Shown here: positions 1 through 9,816 of the stretch, piece by piece
Layout: each line of letters opens with the position of its first letter
Numbering within the stretch: the first letter of the stretch is position 1
From: Candidatus Delongbacteria bacterium
GTDB lineage: Bacteria; CAIWAD01
Length of the DNA: 64,000 bases
Reading direction: 5' to 3'
NCBI GenBank assembly: GCA_963663545.1
Contig: OY760505.1
Coordinates: forward strand, 325,937-389,936
Made by a program: the position numbers and the translations under genes
Notes under the pieces: model-generated
What the model was told of the DNA's origin: nothing
Database searches by the model: none
Seen by the model: only the letters and a program-made list of their open reading frames with translations

Positions 1-3000
1 TCTCTACTGCTCTGTGCAAGCTTGTTCTGCCTAAGCGCTCCGGCTTGGGCTGATCATCTGCAGTTCAGTTATCAACTTCCCGATCCGCAGGTTGCAAACA
101 GCGATACAGGCATGATGCTGAATCTGCCGGGCGCCCATCGTCACGATGTGGCCGGCGCTCCGGACCTGCCCGTTTGGCCGATGCGTCTGCTTCTGCCAGC
201 GGGACACGAAGCCCTTTCGCTCAGCGTGCGCTACGAGGACGTGGAGCTTCAGTCCATCGACCCGCTGCGCCCGCACCAGCAGGACTTCCCCATTTCGCAG
301 CGCCAGCTGGCCACTCGCACCGCACCCGATGCGGACCTCTACGGCAGCGACGCCTTCTGGCCCGCCGTCGACAGTGCGAACCTGAGCACTTCGGCCGAGG
401 ACGGCCACTGCATCGCGCTTGCCGACCTTTACCCGCTGCGCTACAATCCGGTGAGCGGCGAACTTTCCATCGCGCATCGCATTGTGGTCGAGGTGGAAAC
501 CGCAGCCAACGAGCGCTTCCTGCCCCCGCGCGCGGATCATTTGCGCGAGGTGCGCGCCCACGTGGACAATCCCCAGGCGCTGGCCACATATCAGTACGCG
601 GACGAGGCTTCGCGCACGGACGATGTGGAAATGCTGATCATCACCGACGACTATTTCCTGCCCGCCTTTCAGCTCTTGGCCGACTACAAGAACAGCCTGG
701 GCCTGAGCTGCGAAATCCAGTACATCATGGACATTCTGGATGCACAGGATGGACGCGACAACGCCGAGCGCCTGCGCAACCATCTCATCGCCCAGTACGC
801 CACGCGCAATGTGCGCTACGTGCTGCTTGGTGGTGACACGGAGTACATTCCCCTCCGCAGCCTTTACGTGGACACCGGCGGCGGAACCGCCGACCACCTG
901 CCCTCCGACTTCTACTATGCGGCGCTGGACGGCGACTGGAACGCCGACGGAGACAGCCGCTGGGGCGAGCCCGGCGAAGAGGACTGGTACGCCGAACTGG
1001 CCGTTGGCCGTGCGGGCGTCAGCACCTTGGCCGATGCACAGAATTTCGTGCATAAGCAGATTTCCTATCAGGACGATCCGGTTACCGCCGATGTGTCAAG
1101 CTACCTGCTTGTGGGTGAGCAGCTGAATGACGATCCCGTCACCTGGGGCGGCGACTGCAAGGACGAAGTGGCCGACGGCAGCAGCAATTGGGGCATGACC
1201 ACAACAGGTTTCCCAACTACGGTGGGCGTCACCACCCTTTACGATCGTGACCACTTCTGGGCCAACACCGAGCTTTTCTCGGCCCTGTCGGCTGGCGTGA
1301 ACTTCAGCAATCACCTGGGCCATTCGAACTGGAACTACGTGATGAAGTTCAGCAATGACGACGTCACCACCAGCAATTTCCCCAGCAATGGCGATTCCCA
1401 CAGCTACCATTTGGGCTACAGCCAGGGTTGTATTCCCGGTGCTTTTGATGAAGATGCCTGCATTCTGGAGCGCCTGACCAACCTGAGCACCGGCTACGCG
1501 GCCTTCATCGGCAACTCGCGCTACGGCTGGTACTCGCCCGGCCAGACCAGCGGACCCAGCCAGCTCTTCGATCGCCAGTTCTTCGATGCCCTCTTTGGCG
1601 AAGGCATTCGCGAGCTGGCTGCCGCCAACAACGACAGCAAGCACGACCTGGTCAGCTGGGCCAACAGCCAGGGCACCATGCGCTGGTGCTACTACGAACT
1701 GAATCTCTTCGGCGACCCCAGCCTGATTCCCTGGAGTTCGCCCCCCTGCATGCTGCAGGTGTTCGCCGACAATCAGGTTCTGCCCGGCACCAACAGCATC
1801 GACCTTTCGATCAGTGTGGCAAGCCAATCCCCCGAGGGAACCCGCGTAGCGCTGCTGAATGAGGACGGCACCCTTCTGGGCGCAAGCACCGCAGACGCCG
1901 CGGGCGATGTGCAGCTGCTGCTGGACACTCCCATGACCGAGGTTGTCGACTACGAGCTGGTGGTTTCGGGCTTCAACCTGCGCACTCATCGTGAGACGAT
2001 TACGCTGATCGAGCCGGAGAACGCGCACCTGGCCTCTTCCGCCATGAGCTTCACCGACAGCAACGGGAATGGAGTGATGGAGGCCGCCGAGCCCTGTGCC
2101 CTTCAACTGACGCTGACAAACTACGGAAACACCGATGCGCACAACGTAGTGCTGACTCTGCTGACCAGCGACAATTATGCTGTGACACAGGGCAGTCTGA
2201 TCTGCGGCACCATTGCCGCCGGTGGCAGTGCAACCCCGGGTGGCACGCTGCAGCTTATCCCCGCTTTCTCACTTGCCGATGGCGCCGTCCTCAGCTTGCA
2301 GTTTGAAGCCGTGGCCGACGAGGGAAGCTGGGAGTTCGAACTGCGTCAGACGGTGCAGAGCCCGGTCTTCGGTCTGGGCACTCTGCTTGCCCAGGACGGC
2401 AGCAACGATCACCTGGACCCGCAGGAAAGCACAAGCCTGGTTCTCGAGCTGCTCAACAACGGTGAAGGCAGCTACCTGAACGGCAGCGCCACCCTGCTCT
2501 GCAGCACTCCAGGCGTGACAATTACCAGTCCGGCACAGCAGGTGGGCAATCTGGCCTACGGTGAAAGCCAGTCTTTGAGTTTTGCCATGAACATTGGTGG
2601 TGCGCTGCAAAACGGCGACAATCTGGAGTTCACCTTCCAGGTGCACGACGCCCAGAGCAACCTGCGCTACGAGCAGGTGCTTCAGCTTCAATTGGGCGAT
2701 GTGGAAGTGGGCTACGAGAGCGGTGCCCTGGATGAACTCAACTGGGAAAGCGAGGGTGCTTCCTGGTCGGTGACATCCAGCGGAGCCGCGGAGGGCAGTT
2801 ACTGCGCACGCAGCGGATCCATCGGACACAACAGCCGCAGCGTGCTCTACGTCGAGCGTTGGTTTGATTGTATCACGCAGGTTGCCTTCCAGTACAAAGT
2901 CAGCTCCGAACAGGGCTTCGACTTCCTGCGCTTTGAGGTGGATGAAGTTCCGGTGGCTTCCTGGTCCGGCGAAGTGGACTGGTCGGAGTACAGCTACAAT

Positions 3001-4170
3001 GTATCACCGGGTTTCCATCGCATCGGCTGGCGCTACGCCAAGGACGGCGGAGCCGTTGAGGGCAACGACTGTGCCTGGCTGGACGCACTGCAACTGGGAC
3101 CTGCGCCCCAGGCACGTATTGCCTGTGACACAGAATCCATCAACCTGACCCTGGCAGCGGGTGCCAGCACGACCCTTGAACTGGCCCTCAGCAATCCGGG
3201 TAGCGACGAACTGCACTGGCAGGCCATGGCCCTGGCACAAAGCGTGCGCTCCTTCTCCGACGATATGGAAGACGGTGACGGCGACTGGACGCACGATGGC
3301 ACCCACGACAACTGGCACCGCAGCACTCAGCGCGCCTACTCCGGCAGCACCTCCTGGTACTGCGGCGTTGAGGGCGACGAATACCAGAATGACACCCACT
3401 CCTGGCTGATTAGTCCTGCCTTCCTTGTCGAGCCCGAAGCCACTTTCGGCTTCCGTCACTGGATTGATATGGAAATTGCCAGCGCCACTCACGCCTGGGA
3501 CGGTGGTCTGGTGGAGATCAGCCTTGAGGGCAGCGACACCTGGACGGTGATCAATCCGCTGGGCGGTTATCCCTACCTGGTGGAGCCCAACGAAGACTCG
3601 CCCTTTGACGCCAACACGCCGGTCTTCTCCGGTAGCGTAAACTGGGAACTGGCCGAATTCGATCTGGCGGATTACGCCGGGCAGATCGTGCGCGTACGTT
3701 TCCGCTTTGGCAGTGACGCAGCCGTCACTGAAGAAGGCTGGTACATCGACGATGTGAGCCTCAGCGGCATTGGCGTAGATTGGCTGAGCATCGATCCCAC
3801 CAGCGGCACGGTGCTACCCGATGGATCACAGACGCTAACCCTTAGCGTGGATGCTACGGATCAAGAACCTGGTGCACTGGAAGCCGTGCTGCTTTTTGTT
3901 AGCGACGCGGTCAATGCACCAAGTCTTGCGGTGCCCGTGAGTCTGGTGGTGGGCATGACCGATCCCATCAGCGATCTGCGTATCACGCTGGCTACACCAA
4001 TGCTGCAGCTTCAGTGGTCGGCACAGAGCGGGGCGCTGAGTTACCTCATTCAGCGGTGCAGCGAGCCCTACGGCACCTACAGCACTGTGGGCACCACGAC
4101 TGACACTTTCTGGCAGGAGCAGATCCCGCGCTCTTCTGCCGCCTATTACCGGGTAATTGTCGAGCGCTGA
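1..4170 (+). CDS. Giant secreted multidomain protein, peptidase C25 (gingipain/clostripain-like) core, paralog 1; 5' end lies outside window
   Basis: The frame is open from nt 1; SLLLCASLFCLSAPAWA (signal-peptide tail) precedes the annotated Met at 22. Colinear with 4488..8675 (~60% aa identity along the full length). Motifs NHLGHSNWNY...GYSQGCIPGAF (His/Cys dyad context), MAM/CUB-like segment (GWYIDDVSLSG), C-terminal FN3-like ~70 aa ending YYRVIVER. No T9SS sorting domain. Confidence 0.6.
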   Translation, partial: SLLLCASLFCLSAPAWADHLQFSYQLPDPQVANSDTGMMLNLPGAHRHDVAGAPDLPVWPMRLLLPAGHEALSLSVRYEDVELQSIDPLRPHQQDFPISQRQLATRTAPDADLYGSDAFWPAVDSANLSTSAEDGHCIALADLYPLRYNPVSGELSIAHRIVVEVETAANERFLPPRADHLREVRAHVDNPQALATYQYADEASRTDDVEMLIITDDYFLPAFQLLADYKNSLGLSCEIQYIMDILDAQDGRDNAERLRNHLIAQYATRNVRYVLLGGDTEYIPLRSLYVDTGGGTADHLPSDFYYAALDGDWNADGDSRWGEPGEEDWYAELAVGRAGVSTLADAQNFVHKQISYQDDPVTADVSSYLLVGEQLNDDPVTWGGDCKDEVADGSSNWGMTTTGFPTTVGVTTLYDRDHFWANTELFSALSAGVNFSNHLGHSNWNYVMKFSNDDVTTSNFPSNGDSHSYHLGYSQGCIPGAFDEDACILERLTNLSTGYAAFIGNSRYGWYSPGQTSGPSQLFDRQFFDALFGEGIRELAAANNDSKHDLVSWANSQGTMRWCYYELNLFGDPSLIPWSSPPCMLQVFADNQVLPGTNSIDLSISVASQSPEGTRVALLNEDGTLLGASTADAAGDVQLLLDTPMTEVVDYELVVSGFNLRTHRETITLIEPENAHLASSAMSFTDSNGNGVMEAAEPCALQLTLTNYGNTDAHNVVLTLLTSDNYAVTQGSLICGTIAAGGSATPGGTLQLIPAFSLADGAVLSLQFEAVADEGSWEFELRQTVQSPVFGLGTLLAQDGSNDHLDPQESTSLVLELLNNGEGSYLNGSATLLCSTPGVTITSPAQQVGNLAYGESQSLSFAMNIGGALQNGDNLEFTFQVHDAQSNLRYEQVLQLQLGDVEVGYESGALDELNWESEGASWSVTSSGAAEGSYCARSGSIGHNSRSVLYVERWFDCITQVAFQYKVSSEQGFDFLRFEVDEVPVASWSGEVDWSEYSYNVSPGFHRIGWRYAKDGGAVEGNDCAWLDALQLGPAPQARIACDTESINLTLAAGASTTLELALSNPGSDELHWQAMALAQSVRSFSDDMEDGDGDWTHDGTHDNWHRSTQRAYSGSTSWYCGVEGDEYQNDTHSWLISPAFLVEPEATFGFRHWIDMEIASATHAWDGGLVEISLEGSDTWTVINPLGGYPYLVEPNEDSPFDANTPVFSGSVNWELAEFDLADYAGQIVRVRFRFGSDAAVTEEGWYIDDVSLSGIGVDWLSIDPTSGTVLPDGSQTLTLSVDATDQEPGALEAVLLFVSDAVNAPSLAVPVSLVVGMTDPISDLRITLATPMLQLQWSAQSGALSYLIQRCSEPYGTYSTVGTTTDTFWQEQIPRSSAAYYRVIVER

Positions 4171-4194
4171 AGCGCGTATCACACAAGTCGAGTT

Positions 4195-4234
4195 CCCCGG
4201 GGTCGCGAGGATTTCCTTCGCGGCCCCTTTTGCT
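4195..4234 (+). terminator. Rho-independent terminator (GC hairpin ccccggggtcgcgagg/ccttcgcggcccc + TTTTGCTTC)
   Basis: Imperfect GC-rich inverted repeat 25 nt after the stop codon, followed by a T-run. Confidence 0.55.
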
Positions 4235-4237
4235 TCA

Positions 4238-4287
4238 TCGATACCGATCCGACGCCGATGGTGTCGGCACCGATAGCGATAGCGATT
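4238..4287. repeat. Short palindromic repeat element (GATACCGAT-CCGAC...GTCGG-CACCGAT family), copy 1
   Basis: atcgataccgatccgacgccgatggtgtcggcaccgatagcgat; related copies at 37588, 49649, 59708, 61720. Confidence 0.6.
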
Positions 4288-4487
4288 TAAGACAGGCTTA
4301 ACACTCCCGTCATTTCTCCGTGCAGAGCAGCAAGAGTCCAACCTTCGCAGAACTCGTTCAATACTGTAGTTTCAGCACTTAGCAGCGACCCGCGCCTCCA
4401 AGCTGAGGGCATGAAATTTGCATCATTAATGGATCTACTCTGAATCGTGGGACATTCAGATGACATTCATAGACACGGGGAGACCTC

Positions 4488-7400
4488 ATGCCGGGTCGTT
4501 CGTCTCTTGTACTCTGTGTGACACTCGTAGGCTTTGCGCTACAGGCACACGCAGACCATCTGCAATTCAGCTATACCCTTCCAGCAGCGCACTTCACGCG
4601 CAGTGCGGAAGGCGGCACCTTGAACCTTCCGGGTTCTCATCGTCATGGTATTGCGGGTGCTCCCGACCTTCCCGTCTGGCCGCTGCAGCTACTGTTGCCA
4701 GCTGGTCACGAAGCGATTTCGCTCAACGTGCGCTATGAGGACGTGGAGCTTCAATCCGTCGATCCACTGCGACCCAGCCAACAGGCTGTGCCCATCTCCC
4801 AAAGTCAACTTGCCCGTCGCACACGGCCCGACGAGCAGATCTACAACCGAGATGCTTTCTGGCCGGAGTCCGACTATGCGCACTTGAGCACTTCTGCGCT
4901 GGGCGGCCACTGCATCGCCCTGGCGGATCTTTATCCCCTGCGCTACAATGCTGTCAGCGGCGAATTTAGCTTCGCGCATCGCATCGTCGTGGATGTGGAA
5001 ACAGCACCCGGCGAGCGCTTCCTGCCGCCGCGTGCGGAGTTCCAGCGCGAGCTCAGCGGTCGCATCGACAACGCGCAGGCGATGGCCGACTACAGGTATT
5101 GCATGGACGCCAGCCGCACTGATCCTGTGGAGATGCTGATCATTACCGACAGCTCTCTGGAATCCGCCTTTCAGCCGCTGGCTGACTACAAAAACAGCCT
5201 GGGTCTGAGTTGTGAGATTCAGTCGATCGATGAGATTCTGGCCGCCCAGAACGGGCGCGACAACGCCGAGAAGCTGCGCAATCACCTGATCGCCCAGTAT
5301 GAGGAGCGCAATATCCGCTACGTGCTGCTGGGCGGTGATACAGAGGTCATTCCCTACCGCAGTCTCTACGTGGATACGGGCTATGATACTGCCGATCACC
5401 TCCCCTCCGATTTCTATTTCGCCGCCTTGGATGGCGATTGGAACAGCGATGGCGACAACCGCTGGGGTGAGCCGGGCGAAGAAGACTGGTACGCCGAATT
5501 GGCTGTGGGAAGGGCCAGCGTCAGCACCACGACCGAAGCGCAGAACTTTGTACACAAGCAGATTTCCTATCAAAGCAATCCGGTCCTTGCCGATGTATCA
5601 CAGTACCGCATGGTGGGCGAAGAACTGAACGATGATCCCCAGACCTGGGGCGGCGACAGCAAGGATGAAGTGGCCGCAGGCAGCAGTACCTATGGAATCA
5701 CGACTGCGGGGTTCCCGCCCTCGGTCACCACGAGCACTCTCTACGATCGCGACCACACCTGGGTCAAAACCGAACTCTTCTCTGCGTTGGCCAATGGCGT
5801 GAACTTCAGCAATCACTTGGGTCACTCCAACTGGAACTACGTGATGAAGTTCGGCAACTCCGATGTGACCACGGCCAACTTCCCCAGTGATGGCGTGAAT
5901 CACAGCTATCATCTGGGCTATAGCCAGGGCTGCATTCCCGGCGCCTTTGAATACAACGATTGCATTCTGGAGCACCTGACCAATCTGAGTACGGGCTACG
6001 CGGCCTTCATTGGCAACTCGCGCTACGGCTGGTACTCGCCCGGCCAGACCAGCGGCCCCAGCCAGTTCTTTGATCGCGAGTTTTTCGACGCCCTCTTCGA
6101 CGAGGGTATTCGCGAATTGGCTGCCGCCAACAATGACAGCAAACACGATCTGGTGAGCTGGGCCAACAGCGATGGCATCATGCGCTGGTGCTACTATGAA
6201 TTGAATCTCTTCGGCGACCCCGGACTGATCCCCTGGAGCTCAGCCCCCTGCGTGCTGCAAGTCGATGTGGAAAACGAAGTGCTGCCCGGCACAAACAGCC
6301 TTTCGCTACTGCTGAACCTAACCGGCCAATCACCCGCTGGCACGCGTGTGTCCCTGCTGGACGCAGGCGGCAACATTCTGGGCACGACTACGGCTAACGC
6401 TTTCGGGGAAGCGACCCTGCAACTGGATGCGCCAATGACCGAAATCGCCGACTACGAGTTGGTGGTATCCGGTTACAACCTGCTGGTGCATCGGGAAACC
6501 ATCCGTCTGAGCGAACCTGCGGAGGCGCATCTTGTTGCCAATGCCATGCTCATTGAGGACACGAACGGCAACGGTGCACTGGAAGCCGGCGAAGAAGCCA
6601 GCCTCTTTCTCAACCTGCACAACTACGGCGGGGCTGATGCCACGAATGCTGGGCTACAGCTGCTTGAAAGCGAGGACTACGAAGTTGTCCAGGGCTCGCT
6701 GGCCTTCGAGAATTCCATTGCGTCGGGTGGAGACGCTACGCCTGCCACTCCTCTGGTGATACGCCCCCGCTTTGATCTTGAGGACGGCACGGACCTGACC
6801 CTTTTCTTTGCGGCAAGCGCGGACAATGGATACTGGGAGTTTGAACTCTCCCGAACGGTGCTGAGTCCGCTCTATGCACTGGGAAGCCTGACGGCTGAGG
6901 ATACCGCCAACGGCCATCTGGACCCGCAGGAAAGCTCACAGCTCATTCTGGAATTGCAGAACGAGGGCCAGGGCAGCTATCTGGACGGCGAGGCTGAACT
7001 CCTGTGCAGCATCGGCGGTGTCGACATTAGCACGAGCATTCTGCCGGTGGGCGATCTGAGTCACGGCGCTAGCCTGCAATTGCCCTTTGCCCTGAACATT
7101 GGTGGAACTCTCCAGGCGGGTGATCTACTGGACTTCAGCTTCCGCGTCCGCGACGAGCAAAACAACCTGCGCTTCGAGCAGGACTTTGTGTTACAACTGG
7201 GCGAAGTCGCCGTCGGCTTCGAGAGTGGTGCGCTGGATGAACTGAGCTGGGAATCCGAAGACACAGTCTGGTCGGTGATCTCCAGTGGTGCGGCGGAAGG
7301 CGGCTACTGTGCGCGTAGCGCTTCCATCGGTCACAACAGCAGCAGTGGGCTTTTCTTCGATTTGGGTTTCGATTGTATCACACGCGTGGCTTTTCAGTAC

Positions 7401-8675
7401 CGTGTCAGCTCTGAAGAGGGCGACGACCTTCTGCGTTTCGAAGTGGATGGGCAAACGGTGGCCTCCTGGTCGGGCGAGGAAGGCTGGGACTCATACAGTG
7501 TCAATGTATCACCCGGTCTGCATCGCATCGGCTGGCGCTATGTCAAGGACAACGCCTACAGCAGCGGCCAGGATTGCGCCTGGTTGGACGATATTCAAAT
7601 CGGTCCCGCGCCCCAGGCTCGCATCTACTGTGACACAGAATCCATCCATACTACTGTTGCCGCTGGCAGCAGTGGCAGCATCGACTTGGTGCTAAGCAAC
7701 ACCGGTAGCGACGATCTGCACTGGCAGGCGGCGCTCCTGGAGCAAATTACGCGCTCCTTCAGCGACGACATGGAAGAAGGCGAAGGCGGCTGGAGTCACG
7801 ACGGCAGCAACGACGATTGGCACCTTAGCACTCAGCGCGCCTACTCCGGCAGCACTTCCTGGCACTGCGGCATTGATGGAGGTGACTACCAAAACAACAC
7901 CCACGCCTGGCTGGTTAGCCCGACCTTCTTCGTGGAACCGCAGGCCACCTTCGGCTTCCGTCACTGGCTGGAGATGGAGCTAGGCAGCCCCACTCACGCC
8001 TGGGATGGCGCCCTGGTGGAGATCAGTCTTGCGGAAAGTGATACGTGGACGTCGATCAATCCGCTGGGCGGTTATCCTTATCTCGCACAGCCCAATGTGG
8101 ATTCACCTTTTGATCCCTACACGCCGATCTACTCCGGTTCGGTTGACTGGGAGCAGGAGGAGTTTGATCTGGCGGATTACGCTGGCCAGCTTGTACGTGT
8201 ACGCTTCCGCTTCGGTAGCGATGCTGGAAACAGCGCGGAAGGCTGGTATATCGACGATGTGCGCATCAATGGTCTCACGGTGGAATGGCTGAGTCTCGAT
8301 CCCGCTGCGGGCACAATTCTGCCGGAAGAATCCCAGACCTTGACCCTTGCCGTGGACACGAACGACCTGGATCTCGGTGTGCATGAGGCAAGACTGTTCT
8401 TTGCCAGCGATGCGATCAATGATCCCAGTCTGGCCCTGCCCGTGACCTTGATTGTCGGCGTGGCCGAACCGGTCGACGACCTGCAAATCAGCTGGACGGC
8501 GCCCTACGTTTGTCTGCACTGGACCGCCCTGAGTGGCACTCCGGTTTATCGGATACAGCGCAGCGGCGAGCCCTATGGCGACTACATAACCGTGGGCACA
8601 ACCACCAACGCCTTCTGGCAGGAGCGCATGCCGCGCTTCCCCGTCGGCTACTACCGGGTGATCGTCGAGCGTTAG
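4488..8675 (+). CDS. Giant secreted multidomain protein, peptidase C25-like core, paralog 2 (1395 aa)
   Basis: Signal peptide MPGRSSLVLCVTLVGFALQAHA. Same domain order and motifs as paralog 1 (NHLGHSNWNY, GYSQGCIPGAF, GWYIDDV, ...YYRVIVER). Confidence 0.6.
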   Translation: MPGRSSLVLCVTLVGFALQAHADHLQFSYTLPAAHFTRSAEGGTLNLPGSHRHGIAGAPDLPVWPLQLLLPAGHEAISLNVRYEDVELQSVDPLRPSQQAVPISQSQLARRTRPDEQIYNRDAFWPESDYAHLSTSALGGHCIALADLYPLRYNAVSGEFSFAHRIVVDVETAPGERFLPPRAEFQRELSGRIDNAQAMADYRYCMDASRTDPVEMLIITDSSLESAFQPLADYKNSLGLSCEIQSIDEILAAQNGRDNAEKLRNHLIAQYEERNIRYVLLGGDTEVIPYRSLYVDTGYDTADHLPSDFYFAALDGDWNSDGDNRWGEPGEEDWYAELAVGRASVSTTTEAQNFVHKQISYQSNPVLADVSQYRMVGEELNDDPQTWGGDSKDEVAAGSSTYGITTAGFPPSVTTSTLYDRDHTWVKTELFSALANGVNFSNHLGHSNWNYVMKFGNSDVTTANFPSDGVNHSYHLGYSQGCIPGAFEYNDCILEHLTNLSTGYAAFIGNSRYGWYSPGQTSGPSQFFDREFFDALFDEGIRELAAANNDSKHDLVSWANSDGIMRWCYYELNLFGDPGLIPWSSAPCVLQVDVENEVLPGTNSLSLLLNLTGQSPAGTRVSLLDAGGNILGTTTANAFGEATLQLDAPMTEIADYELVVSGYNLLVHRETIRLSEPAEAHLVANAMLIEDTNGNGALEAGEEASLFLNLHNYGGADATNAGLQLLESEDYEVVQGSLAFENSIASGGDATPATPLVIRPRFDLEDGTDLTLFFAASADNGYWEFELSRTVLSPLYALGSLTAEDTANGHLDPQESSQLILELQNEGQGSYLDGEAELLCSIGGVDISTSILPVGDLSHGASLQLPFALNIGGTLQAGDLLDFSFRVRDEQNNLRFEQDFVLQLGEVAVGFESGALDELSWESEDTVWSVISSGAAEGGYCARSASIGHNSSSGLFFDLGFDCITRVAFQYRVSSEEGDDLLRFEVDGQTVASWSGEEGWDSYSVNVSPGLHRIGWRYVKDNAYSSGQDCAWLDDIQIGPAPQARIYCDTESIHTTVAAGSSGSIDLVLSNTGSDDLHWQAALLEQITRSFSDDMEEGEGGWSHDGSNDDWHLSTQRAYSGSTSWHCGIDGGDYQNNTHAWLVSPTFFVEPQATFGFRHWLEMELGSPTHAWDGALVEISLAESDTWTSINPLGGYPYLAQPNVDSPFDPYTPIYSGSVDWEQEEFDLADYAGQLVRVRFRFGSDAGNSAEGWYIDDVRINGLTVEWLSLDPAAGTILPEESQTLTLAVDTNDLDLGVHEARLFFASDAINDPSLALPVTLIVGVAEPVDDLQISWTAPYVCLHWTALSGTPVYRIQRSGEPYGDYITVGTTTNAFWQERMPRFPVGYYRVIVER

Positions 8676-8700
8676 GTCTTGTATCACACGAACAAACAGA

Positions 8701-8737
8701 AGGGGTCGTGAGCAGTTCACGACCCCTTTTCTTCTCC
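8701..8737 (+). terminator. Rho-independent terminator (perfect hairpin aggggtcgtga-gcagt-tcacgacccc + TTTTCTTCT)
   Basis: Perfect 10-bp stem, 5-nt loop and T-tract, 26 nt after the stop of 4488..8675. Confidence 0.8.
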
Positions 8738-8758
8738 AATCGATGGGAACGGGTGCGA

Positions 8759-8977
8759 TCACTTCAGCAGCAGCACCTTCTGCGTTTGTGTTACGTCAGC
8801 GGCTTGAAGCCGAACGAGGTAAACGCCGCTCGCCAGACCGCTGCCATCAAAGGCCAGACGATGTTCTCCCGCCGGGCGCACTTCGTCACACAAACACGCC
8901 ACTTCCTGCCCCAACAGGTTGTAGACACTCAGGCTCACGCGGGACTCGCTCCCCTGTTGCCAACGGATCTGTGTCAC
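8759..8977 (-). pseudogene. Orphan T9SS C-terminal sorting-domain fragment (72 aa, no N-terminal body)
   Basis: ...VSLSVYNLLGQEVACL...GVYLVRLQAADVTQTQKVLLLK is a sorting domain alone, with no signal peptide or passenger. It is followed by a lower-GC stretch (8980-9170). Confidence 0.55.
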
Positions 8978-9171
8978 GGGATTGAAGGGGTTTCCGGATC
9001 GCTTATGGTCAGTTCTTGTGATAGGATTCGAGTGATTGCGGTGCTGCCCAAGTAGCTACAGAATCAGCAACTCATTAGGCGCAGATACTACTATTGCCAA
9101 CCTTGTGATACGAGAGGAATTGCACCTGCAACTAGCCTATAAAAGTCAGGTACTGGTTTTGAACTGAGCGG

Positions 9172-9705
9172 CTACATGGAAAGAGGAGGCAAATACACCC
9201 AGCGCTCGCGAAGAAGCACTCCATCCTCGTCCTGCAGTTCGTCACGCAGGCCGATCTCATTCCAGTCGGTCGGTGATACAAATCCTAGTTCACGGCTCAG
9301 TCTGCGCTCCGTGATACGCATGGTGCGTCCAAGATCGGTGCTGGATTCGGTCACAAGTGGTTGCAGGTATTCTTCACCACGCAGCAACAGCAGCTCGCAA
9401 TCAAAGAGTGTAGGCCAGGTGATACAGCACACGGGGATCAGCGCGGAAGCCTCGCCTTTGAGTTTGCGCTGCAATAGAGCGGATGCCCTGAGCACTTCCT
9501 GTAGCACCGTACGCTGTATCACGAAACGCGCTCGCGGGCCTTCCACCATTGCCGAGTTCACCGGCAGACGCCAGTAGTAGCCGGCGTCGTCCACACCATC
9601 GGGCGCTGGCGGGTGCTGTGCAAACCTATCGGCCCAGGCAGCCAGCGCACGCAGTCGGCGTTTGAGGCCGCGTACACGTTTGTTGCTGATGGCAAGCTCT
9701 CGCAT
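9172..9705 (-). CDS. Hypothetical protein (177 aa), no recognisable domain
   Basis: Long ORF with consistent codon usage; unusually dense in the YGTATCAC motif (5 copies in 440 bp). Sits between the orphan sorting-domain fragment and the tgt-derived direct repeat. Confidence 0.4.
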   Translation of the reverse strand: MRELAISNKRVRGLKRRLRALAAWADRFAQHPPAPDGVDDAGYYWRLPVNSAMVEGPRARFVIQRTVLQEVLRASALLQRKLKGEASALIPVCCITWPTLFDCELLLLRGEEYLQPLVTESSTDLGRTMRITERRLSRELGFVSPTDWNEIGLRDELQDEDGVLLRERWVYLPPLSM

Positions 9706-9720
9706 GATGTCACCTCACTA

Positions 9721-9816
9721 TGCCCAAACTTCGTCCCATCGCATCGCCTCCAGCACGCCCTTGCGGTACTCCTGCCAGCGGCCCTGCTGAAGGGCCAGAC
9801 GGGCGTCGCGCAACGC
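9721..9816 (-). repeat. Direct repeat derived from tgt 3' end (copy 1, diverged: ...GRWQEYRKGVLEAMRWDEVWA)
   Basis: Nucleotide similarity to 15541..15650 and to the genuine tgt 3' end at 21425..21530. It translates to a Tgt C-terminus-like peptide. Confidence 0.7.

Noticed and set aside
31-2142. Long antisense ORFs (31..1053 -, 1096..2142 -, also 4689..5573 -, 13925..14953 +, 24065..25249 +, 25940..26920 +, 29917..31521 +, 35920..36954 +, 38767..39900 +, 40015..41421 +, 57649..59127 +)
   Set aside because: They are shadow ORFs opposite strongly supported genes. Stop-poor antisense frames are expected at ~60% GC. Their translations are Ala/Arg/Gly-rich, with no motifs and no start context.
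9172-9705. Transposase/IS fragment at the duplication boundary
   Set aside because: No DDE/HTH motifs, inverted terminal repeats or target-site duplications were recognisable. It is kept only as a hypothetical ORF.
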